From a virus (lineage: Duplodnaviria > Caudoviricetes): a DNA stretch of 34,289 nt. This document shows, piece by piece, positions 1-8,519 of the stretch. The first letter of the stretch is position 1. Every line of letters begins with the position of its first letter. The notes beneath the pieces were generated by a model, which saw only the letters and a program-made list of their open reading frames with translations, did no database searches and was not told the DNA's origin. A program made the translations under genes and the position numbers. Location: positions 1-34,289 of IMG/VR virus record IMGVR_UViG_3300046778_000122; one strand, 5' to 3'.

Positions 1-127
1 CAGCTGAAACAAAAATAGGAGGATTGACAATTGGGAAAGACTTAAAAATCACCAATGATAAATGGATTGCTTTTGGAACTTCTGTGACTGACTTAGATAA
101 GTACACAGTTCCAGCAGCTAAAATGAT
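1..127. repeat. Terminal direct repeat copy 1 (circular assembly overlap)
   Basis: 1-127 is identical to 34163-34289; 127 is a common assembler k-mer and the repeat lies inside a continuous ORF. Confidence 0.95.
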
Positions 128-2057
128 GAATGTTGATGTTCTGAACTACGGAGTATCTGGATCAAACTCCTCAACATTAGCAGGGTTGTATTCAAATATT
201 CCGACTTATACACCTGAATATAGATTATTAACCATAGAGCATACAATTAACGATTGCCAAACATACGTATCATTACCTACATTTAGAGCCAATATTTTAG
301 GAGCGATAAATAACGCCAGAAGCAAAGGATTTCCAAATGACAGAATGGCTTTAATTAACGGCAACGAATGTAGTAATGTGTTGCCTAATAATGCAAACTT
401 TCAATTGTATGCCGATGAGGTTATTAATTTAGCAAAATCAGAAGGACTACAATATTTCGATGCCTACAATTACACTAAGAATAACGGCAGCACTTCTCTT
501 ACAGACGACGGAATTCATCCAAATGATTTTGGTGGAGAAATATACGCAAGAGGTCTAATTGCTAGTTTGCAAGGTGGAATGGAAATAGGCGGCGGTTTGA
601 CAGTTGACAATTCCATTAAAACTTTTGGCAGTTTAGAAGCAAAAAAAGACATCGCTACTTTAGGTAGTATTAAAACTGGAAATGACCCACAGAATAATCC
701 AACACACAATATTGTTGGAGATATTTATATACCTACGAATGCAGGGATAGGTTCACAATTTGTGAATAGCAATTACCAAACAAGGATTACACCATTAGAA
801 ATAATCGGTGGGTCGTATTTAGCAACAACATTTAGAAATTATACAAATTTTGGCGGTTTTGAGTGGTATACAGCAAACGGAGTTGCTGGTGCGCAAAATA
901 ATTCTCTATCGTTAAGACACGATGGTATGTTGACTTCAAGAACAGGTATTACAACCCCGGCGTTGTATTTTTCAAACCCAGCATACACAAATTATTTATT
1001 TAAAACAGACGGTAGTATATATGACATTGCTAATATATTTCCAAGTTCTGGAGGAACAATCAATGGAAACGTAACAATAGATGGTAAATTCAAATATAAA
1101 TATTCAAATAGTATTGCTTCAACTGATTTAAATAATTTAAAAGAAGCGGGTTTCTATAACGGATATTCGTTATCGAATGCGCCAAATGGTAATTCAGGAT
1201 TTTTCTGGATCACAGTAGAAAATCACGATAGTTCTGATACATGGACTCATCAAACAGCTACTTCTTATGGCTCAAGCAACACAACCAATGAAATATATAC
1301 AAGAACACAACAAGATGGAACGTGGACGGCTTGGAAAAGAATTTTAGATGCAGATTCACCAACCCTAACAGGAACACCAACAGCACCAACGGCGGCAGCG
1401 GGAACGAATACAACGCAGATAGCCACAACGGCTTTTGTGCAAGCAAAAACTACTGATTGGACAAAGACAGGAAACGATATTCGGAACAATAATAGTGGTG
1501 AGATTGAACTCAAACCATTGACAAAAGTATCTATTCTTAATTCTTCGAATGTCGAAAAGGCAAGTATAGACAATGTGGGTAGGGTCTCTGGAAGTAGTTT
1601 TCAAGACGTGTTTTGGAATTCTGGAATGTCATTTTTTGATGGTGGACAGTTTTTAAACTTTCATACTAATAACGGAAATACTAATTATCCTGTATTTTCT
1701 TTTACACCAGACTATTCTAGTTTTAATACAGGTGCAGGAGTGGGATTTATAGGAATGTATCAAGGGTACACGATTGCGCCAACTTCTGGAAGCGTACCTC
1801 ATACAATGCTACAATTAACACCCACTATTAATCAAACAGGCGGGGCAAACGGAATCACACGAGCCATTTATATAAATCCAACACTTACAAGTGCGGCGGA
1901 TTTTAGGGCAATTGAAGTTACAGCAGGAAAGGTAGTTGTTCCAAACATAACCGCTACAGCTGTTCAAGAGTACGCAGATAACGCAGCAGCAGTTACGGCA
2001 GGGTTATCTGTAGGTACTTTTTACAGAACTGGGGATTTACTAAAAGTGGTACATTGA
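1..2057 (+). CDS. Tail fibre/spike with SGNH(GDSL) esterase domain; 3' part of a ~752 aa ORF starting at 33961
   Basis: In frame with ATG 33961 across the junction; SGNH blocks FGTS..., G, N, DGIHP; fibre motifs DLNNLKEAGFY...WTAWKRI and SPTLTGTPTAPTAAAGTNTTQIATTAFV. Confidence 0.8.
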   Translation, partial: AETKIGGLTIGKDLKITNDKWIAFGTSVTDLDKYTVPAAKMMNVDVLNYGVSGSNSSTLAGLYSNIPTYTPEYRLLTIEHTINDCQTYVSLPTFRANILGAINNARSKGFPNDRMALINGNECSNVLPNNANFQLYADEVINLAKSEGLQYFDAYNYTKNNGSTSLTDDGIHPNDFGGEIYARGLIASLQGGMEIGGGLTVDNSIKTFGSLEAKKDIATLGSIKTGNDPQNNPTHNIVGDIYIPTNAGIGSQFVNSNYQTRITPLEIIGGSYLATTFRNYTNFGGFEWYTANGVAGAQNNSLSLRHDGMLTSRTGITTPALYFSNPAYTNYLFKTDGSIYDIANIFPSSGGTINGNVTIDGKFKYKYSNSIASTDLNNLKEAGFYNGYSLSNAPNGNSGFFWITVENHDSSDTWTHQTATSYGSSNTTNEIYTRTQQDGTWTAWKRILDADSPTLTGTPTAPTAAAGTNTTQIATTAFVQAKTTDWTKTGNDIRNNNSGEIELKPLTKVSILNSSNVEKASIDNVGRVSGSSFQDVFWNSGMSFFDGGQFLNFHTNNGNTNYPVFSFTPDYSSFNTGAGVGFIGMYQGYTIAPTSGSVPHTMLQLTPTINQTGGANGITRAIYINPTLTSAADFRAIEVTAGKVVVPNITATAVQEYADNAAAVTAGLSVGTFYRTGDLLKVVH

Positions 2058-2260
2058 TAACTATTTTACTACAAGCCTCAATAGTTGCAAGCGGAACATC
2101 TGACTATACAGTAGGCGAAGTGTTTCCAATAATGCAACAGGGTTTTAAGCAAAAAGAAATATCTTTGAGCATACCGACATACACTATCGAAACGCCAAAA
2201 CCGATAGCAATCAAAAAATTAACATTTTGGCAGAAACTTTTAAAACTATTTGGATTATGA
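2054..2260 (+). CDS. Small hypothetical protein
   Basis: Fills the gap; stop overlaps next ATG (ATGA); TTG start uncertain. Confidence 0.4.
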   Translation: MITILLQASIVASGTSDYTVGEVFPIMQQGFKQKEISLSIPTYTIETPKPIAIKKLTFWQKLLKLFGL

Positions 2261-2484
2261 AAAATTGGAAAACATCCTTAATTGGATTCTTAGGTGCTTT
2301 TTGGTTGGTAGCGCAGCCTATTATAACTAATGGAGATTTTGATTTACAAAGAGATTGGAAAACCTTAATTGGTGCTGCAATCGCTACGGCTTTTGGATTA
2401 TTTGCCAAAGACAAAAACGTTACGGGTGGTACTGTAAAGCAAGAAGGAATCCTTGGAACAGACCGCCCAGATGATAGAAAATAA
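2257..2484 (+). CDS. Holin-like two-TM protein
   Basis: MKNWKTSLIG...; two hydrophobic segments and a charged C-terminus; upstream of endolysin. Confidence 0.55.
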   Translation: MKNWKTSLIGFLGAFWLVAQPIITNGDFDLQRDWKTLIGAAIATAFGLFAKDKNVTGGTVKQEGILGTDRPDDRK

Positions 2485-2758
2485 GCTAATATTATATTTT
2501 GCTTTAATATTTGCCGTGCTTGCCGATATGGTGCACGGCTTTTATTATATCGGAACAGCATTATTTTTTATGTTAATTTCTTTATACGTTTTCCTTGAAG
2601 ATAAATTTAGTTTTATTAAATTTGTGTTGTTGTGGCTATCGGTTTGGAACTTATTTAAGGAATTATTTTTAGACCCGCTTCATTTCACAATTAAAGAAAT
2701 GGCTATTATTTTTATAGTCATAATTGCCCGATTATTTTATAAACAAAAGACCTACTGA
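2471..2758 (+). CDS. Multi-TM membrane protein (holin/antiholin candidate)
   Basis: Almost entirely hydrophobic, 3-4 TM segments, lysis module. Confidence 0.5.
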   Translation: MIENKLILYFALIFAVLADMVHGFYYIGTALFFMLISLYVFLEDKFSFIKFVLLWLSVWNLFKELFLDPLHFTIKEMAIIFIVIIARLFYKQKTY

Positions 2759-2761
2759 ATT

Positions 2762-3157
2762 ATGGTTGAATACATTGCATTTATGGGAGTGGTACTTGGT
2801 TACCCGTTAGCTTGGTACTTTGGAGGAAAAAGAAAAACAGAATCAGAAGCAAAGAAAAATGACGTTGACGTAGTCACAGCAATTTCCGAAATGTATAACA
2901 CTTTTCTTGTCCAATATAAAACCCGAATGGAGGAAATGCAAGTTGAAGTTACTTGTGTTAAAAACCATTATAAAGCAATTCAGCTACAATTTAACGATAT
3001 GAGTTTAGCTTATGGTCGTGAAGTAGAAGTTTCACAAAATTGGGAAAAACTACACAAAGAATTGACAGTAAAATACATAGAGTTAGAAAAGAAATACGAC
3101 GCTTTGAAAAAAGACCACGATTTACTAAAACTAGATTATGAACTAAATAAATTATGA
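2762..3157 (+). CDS. N-terminal TM plus coiled-coil lysis-module protein
   Basis: One N-terminal TM helix followed by a heptad-rich helix; overlaps the endolysin start. Confidence 0.55.
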   Translation: MVEYIAFMGVVLGYPLAWYFGGKRKTESEAKKNDVDVVTAISEMYNTFLVQYKTRMEEMQVEVTCVKNHYKAIQLQFNDMSLAYGREVEVSQNWEKLHKELTVKYIELEKKYDALKKDHDLLKLDYELNKL

Positions 3158-3714
3158 CGCTACCACAAAAATACAAATCGCTATTCGAAAAATACGAACT
3201 TAACATACCGTTAAGAATTGCTCATTTTATGGCGCAAATTGAACACGAAAGTGGATTAAAACCGATTAGTGAAAAGTTTAATTATAGCGCAGATAGACTT
3301 TTAAAAATATTTCCAAAGTATTTTAATAAAGAACAGTCATTAGCTTATTCCAGACAACAATCGAGAATAGCTAATCGTGTTTATGCCAACCGTATGGGTA
3401 ACGGCTCAGAATCAAGTGGCGAAGGTTGGAAATATAGAGGTCGTGGATTCATTCAAATAACAGGCAAAGAAAACTATTTTAGATTAGCAAACGATACTGA
3501 TTTAGATTGCTTAAAAAATCCTGATTTATTACTTGAAGAAGCAAACGCAATGATTGGTGCATTATGGTTTTGGAATTTAAAAGGATTGAATAAATACGCA
3601 GACCAAAACGATGTTATTACAATCACTAAAAGGATAAACGGCGGATTGAATGGAATTGACCACCGCAAACAATTACTTGTAAAATGGAAAAATACATTAG
3701 AAAACACTCTTTAG
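3154..3714 (+). CDS. Glycoside hydrolase family 19 endolysin
   Basis: AHFMAQIEHESG, YRGRGFIQITGKENY, ITKRINGGLNG motifs. Confidence 0.9.
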   Translation: MTLPQKYKSLFEKYELNIPLRIAHFMAQIEHESGLKPISEKFNYSADRLLKIFPKYFNKEQSLAYSRQQSRIANRVYANRMGNGSESSGEGWKYRGRGFIQITGKENYFRLANDTDLDCLKNPDLLLEEANAMIGALWFWNLKGLNKYADQNDVITITKRINGGLNGIDHRKQLLVKWKNTLENTL

Positions 3715-3842
3715 AAACGGCTTTGTTTTTTGTCGTTGTTTTGTTTGTGATTGGGAAACATTTGTTGGACTGAGGTGTTCTCGGTCGAATTTAACCAGAT
3801 ACTTTTTGCATCAGTTTTTTATTACCTTTTAAATAAAAAGTT

Positions 3843-4250
3843 ATGAAAAAAATAATCATAATTATCATCTTCCTGATGTCGGGAATGTGGTATGGCTGCG
3901 GAGGAACTCGCCAAACTGCAACGGAAAAACATTCTAATTTTGAAGTGCAAAATAGTTACTCAGAAGGCTCGAAAATAGTTTTAGGCAACACTTTTACCTA
4001 TACCCCATTTGATGCGCTAAAACCTATGAAAATCGAGGGAAAAGTTTACAATAATGTGATAGTTTCAAATGATAAAAGTAAAACTATTACTAAATGGAAA
4101 AACCGAAACATTACTAAAACAATAACTATCGACAAAACAAAAAAAACAACCCGAGAGGACAACACTTGGCTATATCTTGGGATTGTTCTAATAATTGGAT
4201 GTTTGGTTTTTTTATGGTTTTACTTGCCTAGGATTAAAACGGGCATTTAA
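3843..4250 (+). CDS. Lipoprotein with C-terminal TM; unimolecular spanin candidate
   Basis: MKK-hydrophobic-...YGC lipobox-like Cys; C-terminal WLYLGIVLIIGCLVFLWFYL; follows the endolysin. Confidence 0.6.
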   Translation: MKKIIIIIIFLMSGMWYGCGGTRQTATEKHSNFEVQNSYSEGSKIVLGNTFTYTPFDALKPMKIEGKVYNNVIVSNDKSKTITKWKNRNITKTITIDKTKKTTREDNTWLYLGIVLIIGCLVFLWFYLPRIKTGI

Positions 4251-4416
4251 ACTTTTCTGACTTGGGAATTAAATTCGAGTACTCATTTTTTATCTTTTCC
4301 GCTATTGCATCACGGCAAAACTTACCAACATCCACGTTATAAGATTTCATTTTTTGCAGTGTTTTATGTTGAATTTCTGAAATACGTATAACCTTTGTTT
4401 TTGTGTATAATTTCAT
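4234..4416 (-). CDS. Small ribbon-helix-helix-like DNA-binding protein
   Basis: 60 aa basic protein; TKVIRIS strand followed by two helices (KFCRDAIAEKI); last gene of the left arm. Confidence 0.5.
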   Translation of the reverse strand: MKLYTKTKVIRISEIQHKTLQKMKSYNVDVGKFCRDAIAEKIKNEYSNLIPKSEKFKCPF

Positions 4417-4431
4417 AATTGTAATACATTT

Positions 4432-4457
4432 GTAGCTGTTAGCAAGTAGTTATGCTC
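4432..4457 (+). other. Terminal hairpin-less recombination core (attI-like candidate)
   Basis: GTTAGCaagtaGTTATGCTC; GTTATGCTC complements GAGCATAAC at 4887-4895; no stem upstream. Confidence 0.45.
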
Positions 4458-4860
4458 CATTGCTACACTTGTGCCAAAATCGAGACGGTAGATGGATATT
4501 TAAAACATTAACAGCCTCTTTAAATAACGGTGCTACTTCTTTTGGTTTCAATCCTGCCAATCCACAACCTATTTCAGTTACAAGGAAAATCAAATTTTCA
4601 TTAGCCTTTGCAAACTCAATAAACTCATCAACAAAAGGCTTAATTTCTTCAATGGTTAATGTTCTTCTAATACTTGCATCTTTCGTCGGTATTCCATAAG
4701 TTCTACCTTGTAAGCCTTTTGCTTGTCCCCATTTTGCACCCCAACCAAGTGCAGATTTAGCAGCACCTTTTCCGTGCCTACCTGATAAGTTTGAGCCAAA
4801 CACAAAAATTTGATTTTCTGCAAGGCTGTTAATGTTTTCTGGTGTTGTTCTTTCAATCAT
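4450..4860 (-). CDS. Cassette gene: A1S_2505-like phage protein (macrodomain-like)
   Basis: IFVFGSNLSGRHGKGAA, TYGIPTK, FLVTEIGCGLAG motifs; TAA stop in the site core. Confidence 0.7.
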   Translation of the reverse strand: MIERTTPENINSLAENQIFVFGSNLSGRHGKGAAKSALGWGAKWGQAKGLQGRTYGIPTKDASIRRTLTIEEIKPFVDEFIEFAKANENLIFLVTEIGCGLAGLKPKEVAPLFKEAVNVLNIHLPSRFWHKCSNGA

Positions 4861-4888
4861 AATTTATCGTTTTAAAACCGCAACGAGA

Positions 4889-5020
4889 GCATAACAGCGT
4901 GTATATGCAAGTGGCGACTATGTGGTTTATTCAACATTTGTTCTTTTATCAAACATTCTGCATAATTGAAAGGTTAGCATTTCTAATCGCCACCTGACAT
5001 ATACACGCAAAACGTTATGC
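4889..5020. repeat. attC-like hairpin site S1
   Basis: GCATAAC a GCGTGTATATG CAAGTGGCGA ... TCGCCACCTG A CATATACACGC aaaac GTTATGC. Confidence 0.85.
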
Positions 5021-5359
5021 GTTATTGTAACGCGACTTGAACAACTTATACGTTTCATTAAAACTTCCTCCTGTTTTATCCATTTCTGCTGATAGTTTTT
5101 CGGATAATTCTAAATCTATTTCACAAACTTGAAAGAAGTCTAAAACGCAACACTCACGTTCTATATTTCTATCAAAATTTGGAATATCTTCTTCAGTTTC
5201 TTCATCAGTATCATAATACTGTGAACAACTTGCTTCTTTTGCGTAAACAGCACCATAATCGCTATCTCCAACTTCTTCGTGTCGATAAAATTCGCAATTA
5301 GAACAACAACGCATAACAGTCGTTTGGCTCAATGGCGGTATTGTTTTGTTTTTGTCCAT
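5015..5359 (-). CDS. Cassette gene: Cys-rich acidic hypothetical protein
   Basis: Likely start MDKNK at 5359 inside the S2 loop; CCSNC motif; stop in the S1 core. Confidence 0.65.
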   Translation of the reverse strand: MDKNKTIPPLSQTTVMRCCSNCEFYRHEEVGDSDYGAVYAKEASCSQYYDTDEETEEDIPNFDRNIERECCVLDFFQVCEIDLELSEKLSAEMDKTGGSFNETYKLFKSRYNNA

Positions 5360-5447
5360 AATGGTTTTTAATTTAATTATTAGTCTATTTTTGTTAGGCT
5401 TAGGTCTTGAATCGTCCGCCACTAAGCCAAGCGACAGAATGTTATGC
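5311..5447. repeat. attC-like hairpin site S2
   Basis: GCATAAC a GTCGTTTGGCT CAATGGCGG ... CCGCCACTA AGCCAAGCGAC agaat GTTATGC. Confidence 0.85.
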
Positions 5448-5837
5448 GTCAGCTTGCTCGAAATCGTGAATAGAAATAGCTAAACCTTTTTCAATTAATC
5501 CAAAAACATCAAAATGATTTTCAAACAAATAGTCAAGTTCGTTTAATCTTGTATAATTTTCGTTTTTTCGCTTAACCATCAACCCATCTGAATTGTCAAA
5601 ATCTATGTAATAATTCTCTCTAAATTTTGAGTGATGTTTACTGTTTATTTCAGAAAGTGGGTAAAGTATTGGTTTGCAGTTTTCAATTTGCCAAAACATA
5701 TTGTGCTGAAAAGAAACAGAATTTTCAGAAAGTTTATGTATTCTGCCAATTTCTATCTTATTATTAAGCATTCCTTTGAATTGGCATTTTAAACCGTAAG
5801 GAAAATAAGGAGCTAAATGTTTTAATTCTAATTTCAT
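5442..5837 (-). CDS. Cassette gene: hypothetical phage protein
   Basis: MKLELKHLAPYFPYGLK...HFDVFGLIEKGLAI; stop in the S2 core. Confidence 0.7.
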   Translation of the reverse strand: MKLELKHLAPYFPYGLKCQFKGMLNNKIEIGRIHKLSENSVSFQHNMFWQIENCKPILYPLSEINSKHHSKFRENYYIDFDNSDGLMVKRKNENYTRLNELDYLFENHFDVFGLIEKGLAISIHDFEQADA

Positions 5838-5884
5838 AATTATTGATTTAATTGATTAATATTGTTGTGGAAATAAAGCCGAAC

Positions 5885-6017
5885 GCATAACACACGCTAC
5901 AAGCAATTGGGGTTTTAGGCTCAATTTAAAGATGGTTTTGTATCAGGGAAACTTGTGTTTATCCGAAGATTTACGCTTCCTTAATCCCCAACTACTTGTA
6001 GCGCGGGAACGTTATAG
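5885..6017. repeat. attC-like hairpin site S3
   Basis: GCATAAC aca CGCTACAAG CAATTGGGG ... CCCCAACTA CTTGTAGCG cgggaac GTTATAG. Confidence 0.85.
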
Positions 6018-6023
6018 GCAAGC

Positions 6024-6057
6024 AAAAAGCCAATCATTACGGATAAAGATTGGCTTT
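6024..6057 (-). terminator. Intrinsic terminator inside cassette 4
   Basis: AAAGCCAATC (6026-6035) / GATTGGCTTT (6048-6057), T-tract on the - strand, just after the HTH gene. Confidence 0.55.
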
Positions 6058-6080
6058 GAAATTTTGAAAATTAGATGTGT

Positions 6081-6434
6081 TTAATTTTTGGGCAACTTAT
6101 CAACTCTACGACCGAGTTGTTCCATTGCTTTTTCCATTGCTTTTTCCATTGCTTTTTCCATTGCTTTTTCCATTGCTTTTTCCATTGCTAAATTCAAATC
6201 GGTTTTATCTTCTTTGTCTTCAAAGAAAAAATTAACCCCAATTGCTTTTGATATTTTTAAAAAAGTTGGTAAAGTTGGAGGAAATTTACAACTGAAAAAA
6301 CGAGAAGTATGAGCAGGAGCAATCCCACTTAATTCTGAAACTTTTAAATTTGATAGTTTTTTTTGTTGTCTGATTTCATCGAGAAGTAAAACGAGCAACA
6401 TCCATTGCTCGTTTTGGTTTGTGTTTTGTGACAT
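6081..6434 (-). CDS. XRE-family HTH regulator with AMEK repeats
   Basis: IRQQKKLSNLKVSELSGIAPAHTSRFFSCKFPPTLPTFLKISKAIG fits the Cro/C1 HTH pattern. Confidence 0.8.
   Translation of the reverse strand: MSQNTNQNEQWMLLVLLLDEIRQQKKLSNLKVSELSGIAPAHTSRFFSCKFPPTLPTFLKISKAIGVNFFFEDKEDKTDLNLAMEKAMEKAMEKAMEKAMEKAMEQLGRRVDKLPKN
6120..6189. repeat. 12-bp tandem repeat (TTCCATTGCTTT) x5.8
   Basis: Directly visible; encodes (AMEK)5-AMEQ. Confidence 0.95.
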
Positions 6435-6438
6435 ATTT

Positions 6439-6879
6439 TTATTTTATTTCAGCATCAATTAATCCAAGTTCGTAATATTGAGGGGAAATTCCACCAACGA
6501 AATAACACATTTTAACTCCGTCAATAATTTTAGAAAGATTTGATTTTTTACGACCATCAAAAGTAATTTCAATTGTTACTTTTTCAATTAAAGCTTCTTT
6601 TTCTGCTTTGATAGTTTTTGAAATTTCTAACATTTCTTTATCCAAATAAGTAGTGTCAATTCCTTCAAACATTCTTTGTCTTGCTCTTGCTCTTTCGTTT
6701 TTTCTTGCTTGACCTGATTTTGTTTGGTTGTTACAAAAATCTGAGTAAGATTCTCTTACTAATAAATAATTTTTCAATTCTCTATTTTCAGTTCTTTCTA
6801 AGATTTCAAAGTTTGTAACTTCTACTTTTTCATTTCCTTTGTTGATTTTTACTGTAGTTTTCATTTTAATTTTTGCCAT
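6439..6879 (-). CDS. Cassette gene: basic hypothetical protein
   Basis: 146 aa ORF, 4-nt gap to the HTH gene, own promoter upstream. Confidence 0.65.
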   Translation of the reverse strand: MAKIKMKTTVKINKGNEKVEVTNFEILERTENRELKNYLLVRESYSDFCNNQTKSGQARKNERARARQRMFEGIDTTYLDKEMLEISKTIKAEKEALIEKVTIEITFDGRKKSNLSKIIDGVKMCYFVGGISPQYYELGLIDAEIK

Positions 6880-6944
6880 TTGTTATGAAGTTGCTGATCT
6901 CCTTTTTAAAGTTTGCCGTGTAAATCACTTCCTTAACTCTTGTA

Positions 6945-6989
6945 CAAATATACAACTGTTATTTGGATAAATTACCATAAATGGTAATT
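6945..6989 (-). promoter_or_regulatory. Bacteroidota -7 promoter plus palindromic operator
   Basis: TATATTTG on - (6945-6952); perfect palindrome AATTACCAT-AA-ATGGTAATT (6970-6989). Confidence 0.65.
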
Positions 6990-7093
6990 ATTTTTAATTT
7001 ATTTTCACTTTTCCTTATTTTAAAAGGGTTTACAAGTGATAATAATTTTATCTAATTTCCAAAATTTCAAAGAACTTGGTGCAAATTGCCTGC

Positions 7094-7183
7094 CTATAAC
7101 CTATGCTACTGGCAATTTGCAGAACTCCCTACTATTATTCACGTTTTGTGGTGGCAAACTGCCAGTAGCATCCGCCGTTATAA
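7094..7183. repeat. attC-like hairpin site S4 (short)
   Basis: CTATAAC ct ATGCTACTGG CAATTTGC ... GCAAACTG CCAGTAGCAT ccgcc GTTATAA. Confidence 0.85.
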
Positions 7184-7546
7184 CTCATTTTGCGGAAGAG
7201 AACGTGCTAATTCTGCTTTTAATCTTGAATTTTCAGAAAGTAACTCTGCAATTCTTTTAGTAGGTTCTGCTCCAATTCCTGCACCCGCCCAAATTGATAC
7301 TATTTGCTTTTCTCCTTCGTCAGGATGAATGTAAGCAATATGTGTCATCATATGCCTATTGTCCGTTGCGGCTTTCATTATCATTACTAATAAATCAGAA
7401 CACATTTTAAATGTACTTTCTTTAAGGGTGTCAGGTTTTTTGAATGCCCAAATGAATAATTTAAAAGCATTTGATAACCGATAATAAAAACGAGGCATAA
7501 CATCGTGTATAAGAGATTGCTTATTTGGTTTTGTATCTGAATTCAT
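7178..7546 (-). CDS. Cassette gene: hypothetical protein
   Basis: Starts in the S5 loop; stop in the S4 core. Confidence 0.65.
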   Translation of the reverse strand: MNSDTKPNKQSLIHDVMPRFYYRLSNAFKLFIWAFKKPDTLKESTFKMCSDLLVMIMKAATDNRHMMTHIAYIHPDEGEKQIVSIWAGAGIGAEPTKRIAELLSENSRLKAELARSLPQNEL

Positions 7547-7628
7547 AATTTTTGAATTTAATGATTAGTAATTTTTGGAAGTATCGGTTTCAATCGGCGC
7601 AACCTCCCATACACGCCGTCCGTTATAC
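7495..7628. repeat. attC-like hairpin site S5
   Basis: GCATAAC at CGTGTAT AAGAGATTGC ... GCAACCTCCC ATACACG ccgtcc GTTATAC. Confidence 0.8.
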
Positions 7629-7634
7629 CTAATG

Positions 7635-7862
7635 CTACGAACCGAACTCAAAGAAATCGACATCTCCTTTTTGTTTTGTAATTTTTTTGTATTCCAAAAT
7701 GTTGACATTGTTTTTATTGATTTTGTCAGCAACAAGCGTAATGCTTTTAACTGTATCGTGATCAAGCGTTCCACGTCTAACATCCATCAATACACCAGTA
7801 AGCATTTCATTTAATTGCTTTGCGTTTTTTACTTCAAAATTCAAATCTCTTTTAGCTTCCAT
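7635..7862 (-). CDS. Small helical hypothetical protein
   Basis: 75 aa ORF; same position after a CxxC protein as 9479-9736. Confidence 0.6.
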   Translation of the reverse strand: MEAKRDLNFEVKNAKQLNEMLTGVLMDVRRGTLDHDTVKSITLVADKINKNNVNILEYKKITKQKGDVDFFEFGS

Positions 7863-7872
7863 AATTTTTGTT

Positions 7873-8519
7873 TTAAATTGTTTTTAAATTGTTTAATTCT
7901 CTTCGTAATTGTATTGTTAATCTTTTGAAATCTATCATTTCTTTTGGTGCTTCTTTTACTTTTGCCTTTAAGGTCAAAGCAATATACGCATCGGTTAAAT
8001 TGACAATTCCACTTTTTCTAAGTTTTTCTTTTGGCACAAAATCAACATCACCATAATCATACTTTCGTTTTATTTGACTTATAATTTTTCTGCAATCAAT
8101 TCTATATTGCTCATAGTTTGTAAAAACATAACCATCTTTTATTTTTTTCTTATAACGCCTTGAACTCCTTTTGGAAGATGTGAAATTTCTTTTACGAATG
8201 TTCTAGTTTCTGAATATTGTTTTTTCCAATTTTCTCTATAATCCGAAACATCACAATTCATTTCTTTGCATCTTTTTTTAATTCTATTCGCCTCTCCTTT
8301 TTTATTATTACAACTTTTGCATATTGCCCTGAATGAATGATAAATTGCTAATCCACTTTTATTTTGTTGTTTAATTACTTTTGCAAAAAAATAATCTTCT
8401 GTTTTTGGAAACTCCAAATTACAACACGTACATTTTTTAAGAACAAAAGCACTAGGTATAACACTCGTTTGGCAAGATTGGGTTTCGGGCTTAATTTGAT
8501 GTTGGTCTTGTACTTTCAT
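7873..8519 (-). pseudogene. Zn-finger (CxxC...CxxC) protein split by a frameshift at an A7 tract
   Basis: 8139-8519 stops right after AGA AAA AAA; the -1 frame stays open to 7873 and encodes LTDAYIALTLK...PKEMIDFKR, resembling the C-terminus of 9723-10115. Confidence 0.7.

Noticed and set aside
24-26. TTG at 24 as the tail fibre start
   Set aside because: The frame is open back across the junction to ATG 33961, which overlaps the upstream stop (TAATG).
1-2057. Diversity-generating retroelement or shufflon acting on the tail fibre
   Set aside because: No reverse transcriptase, no template/variable repeat pair and no inverted alternative C-termini seen.
3684-3845. Small membrane gene between the endolysin and the lipoprotein
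   Set aside because: The hydrophobic-looking frame is interrupted by stops; at best a decayed gene.
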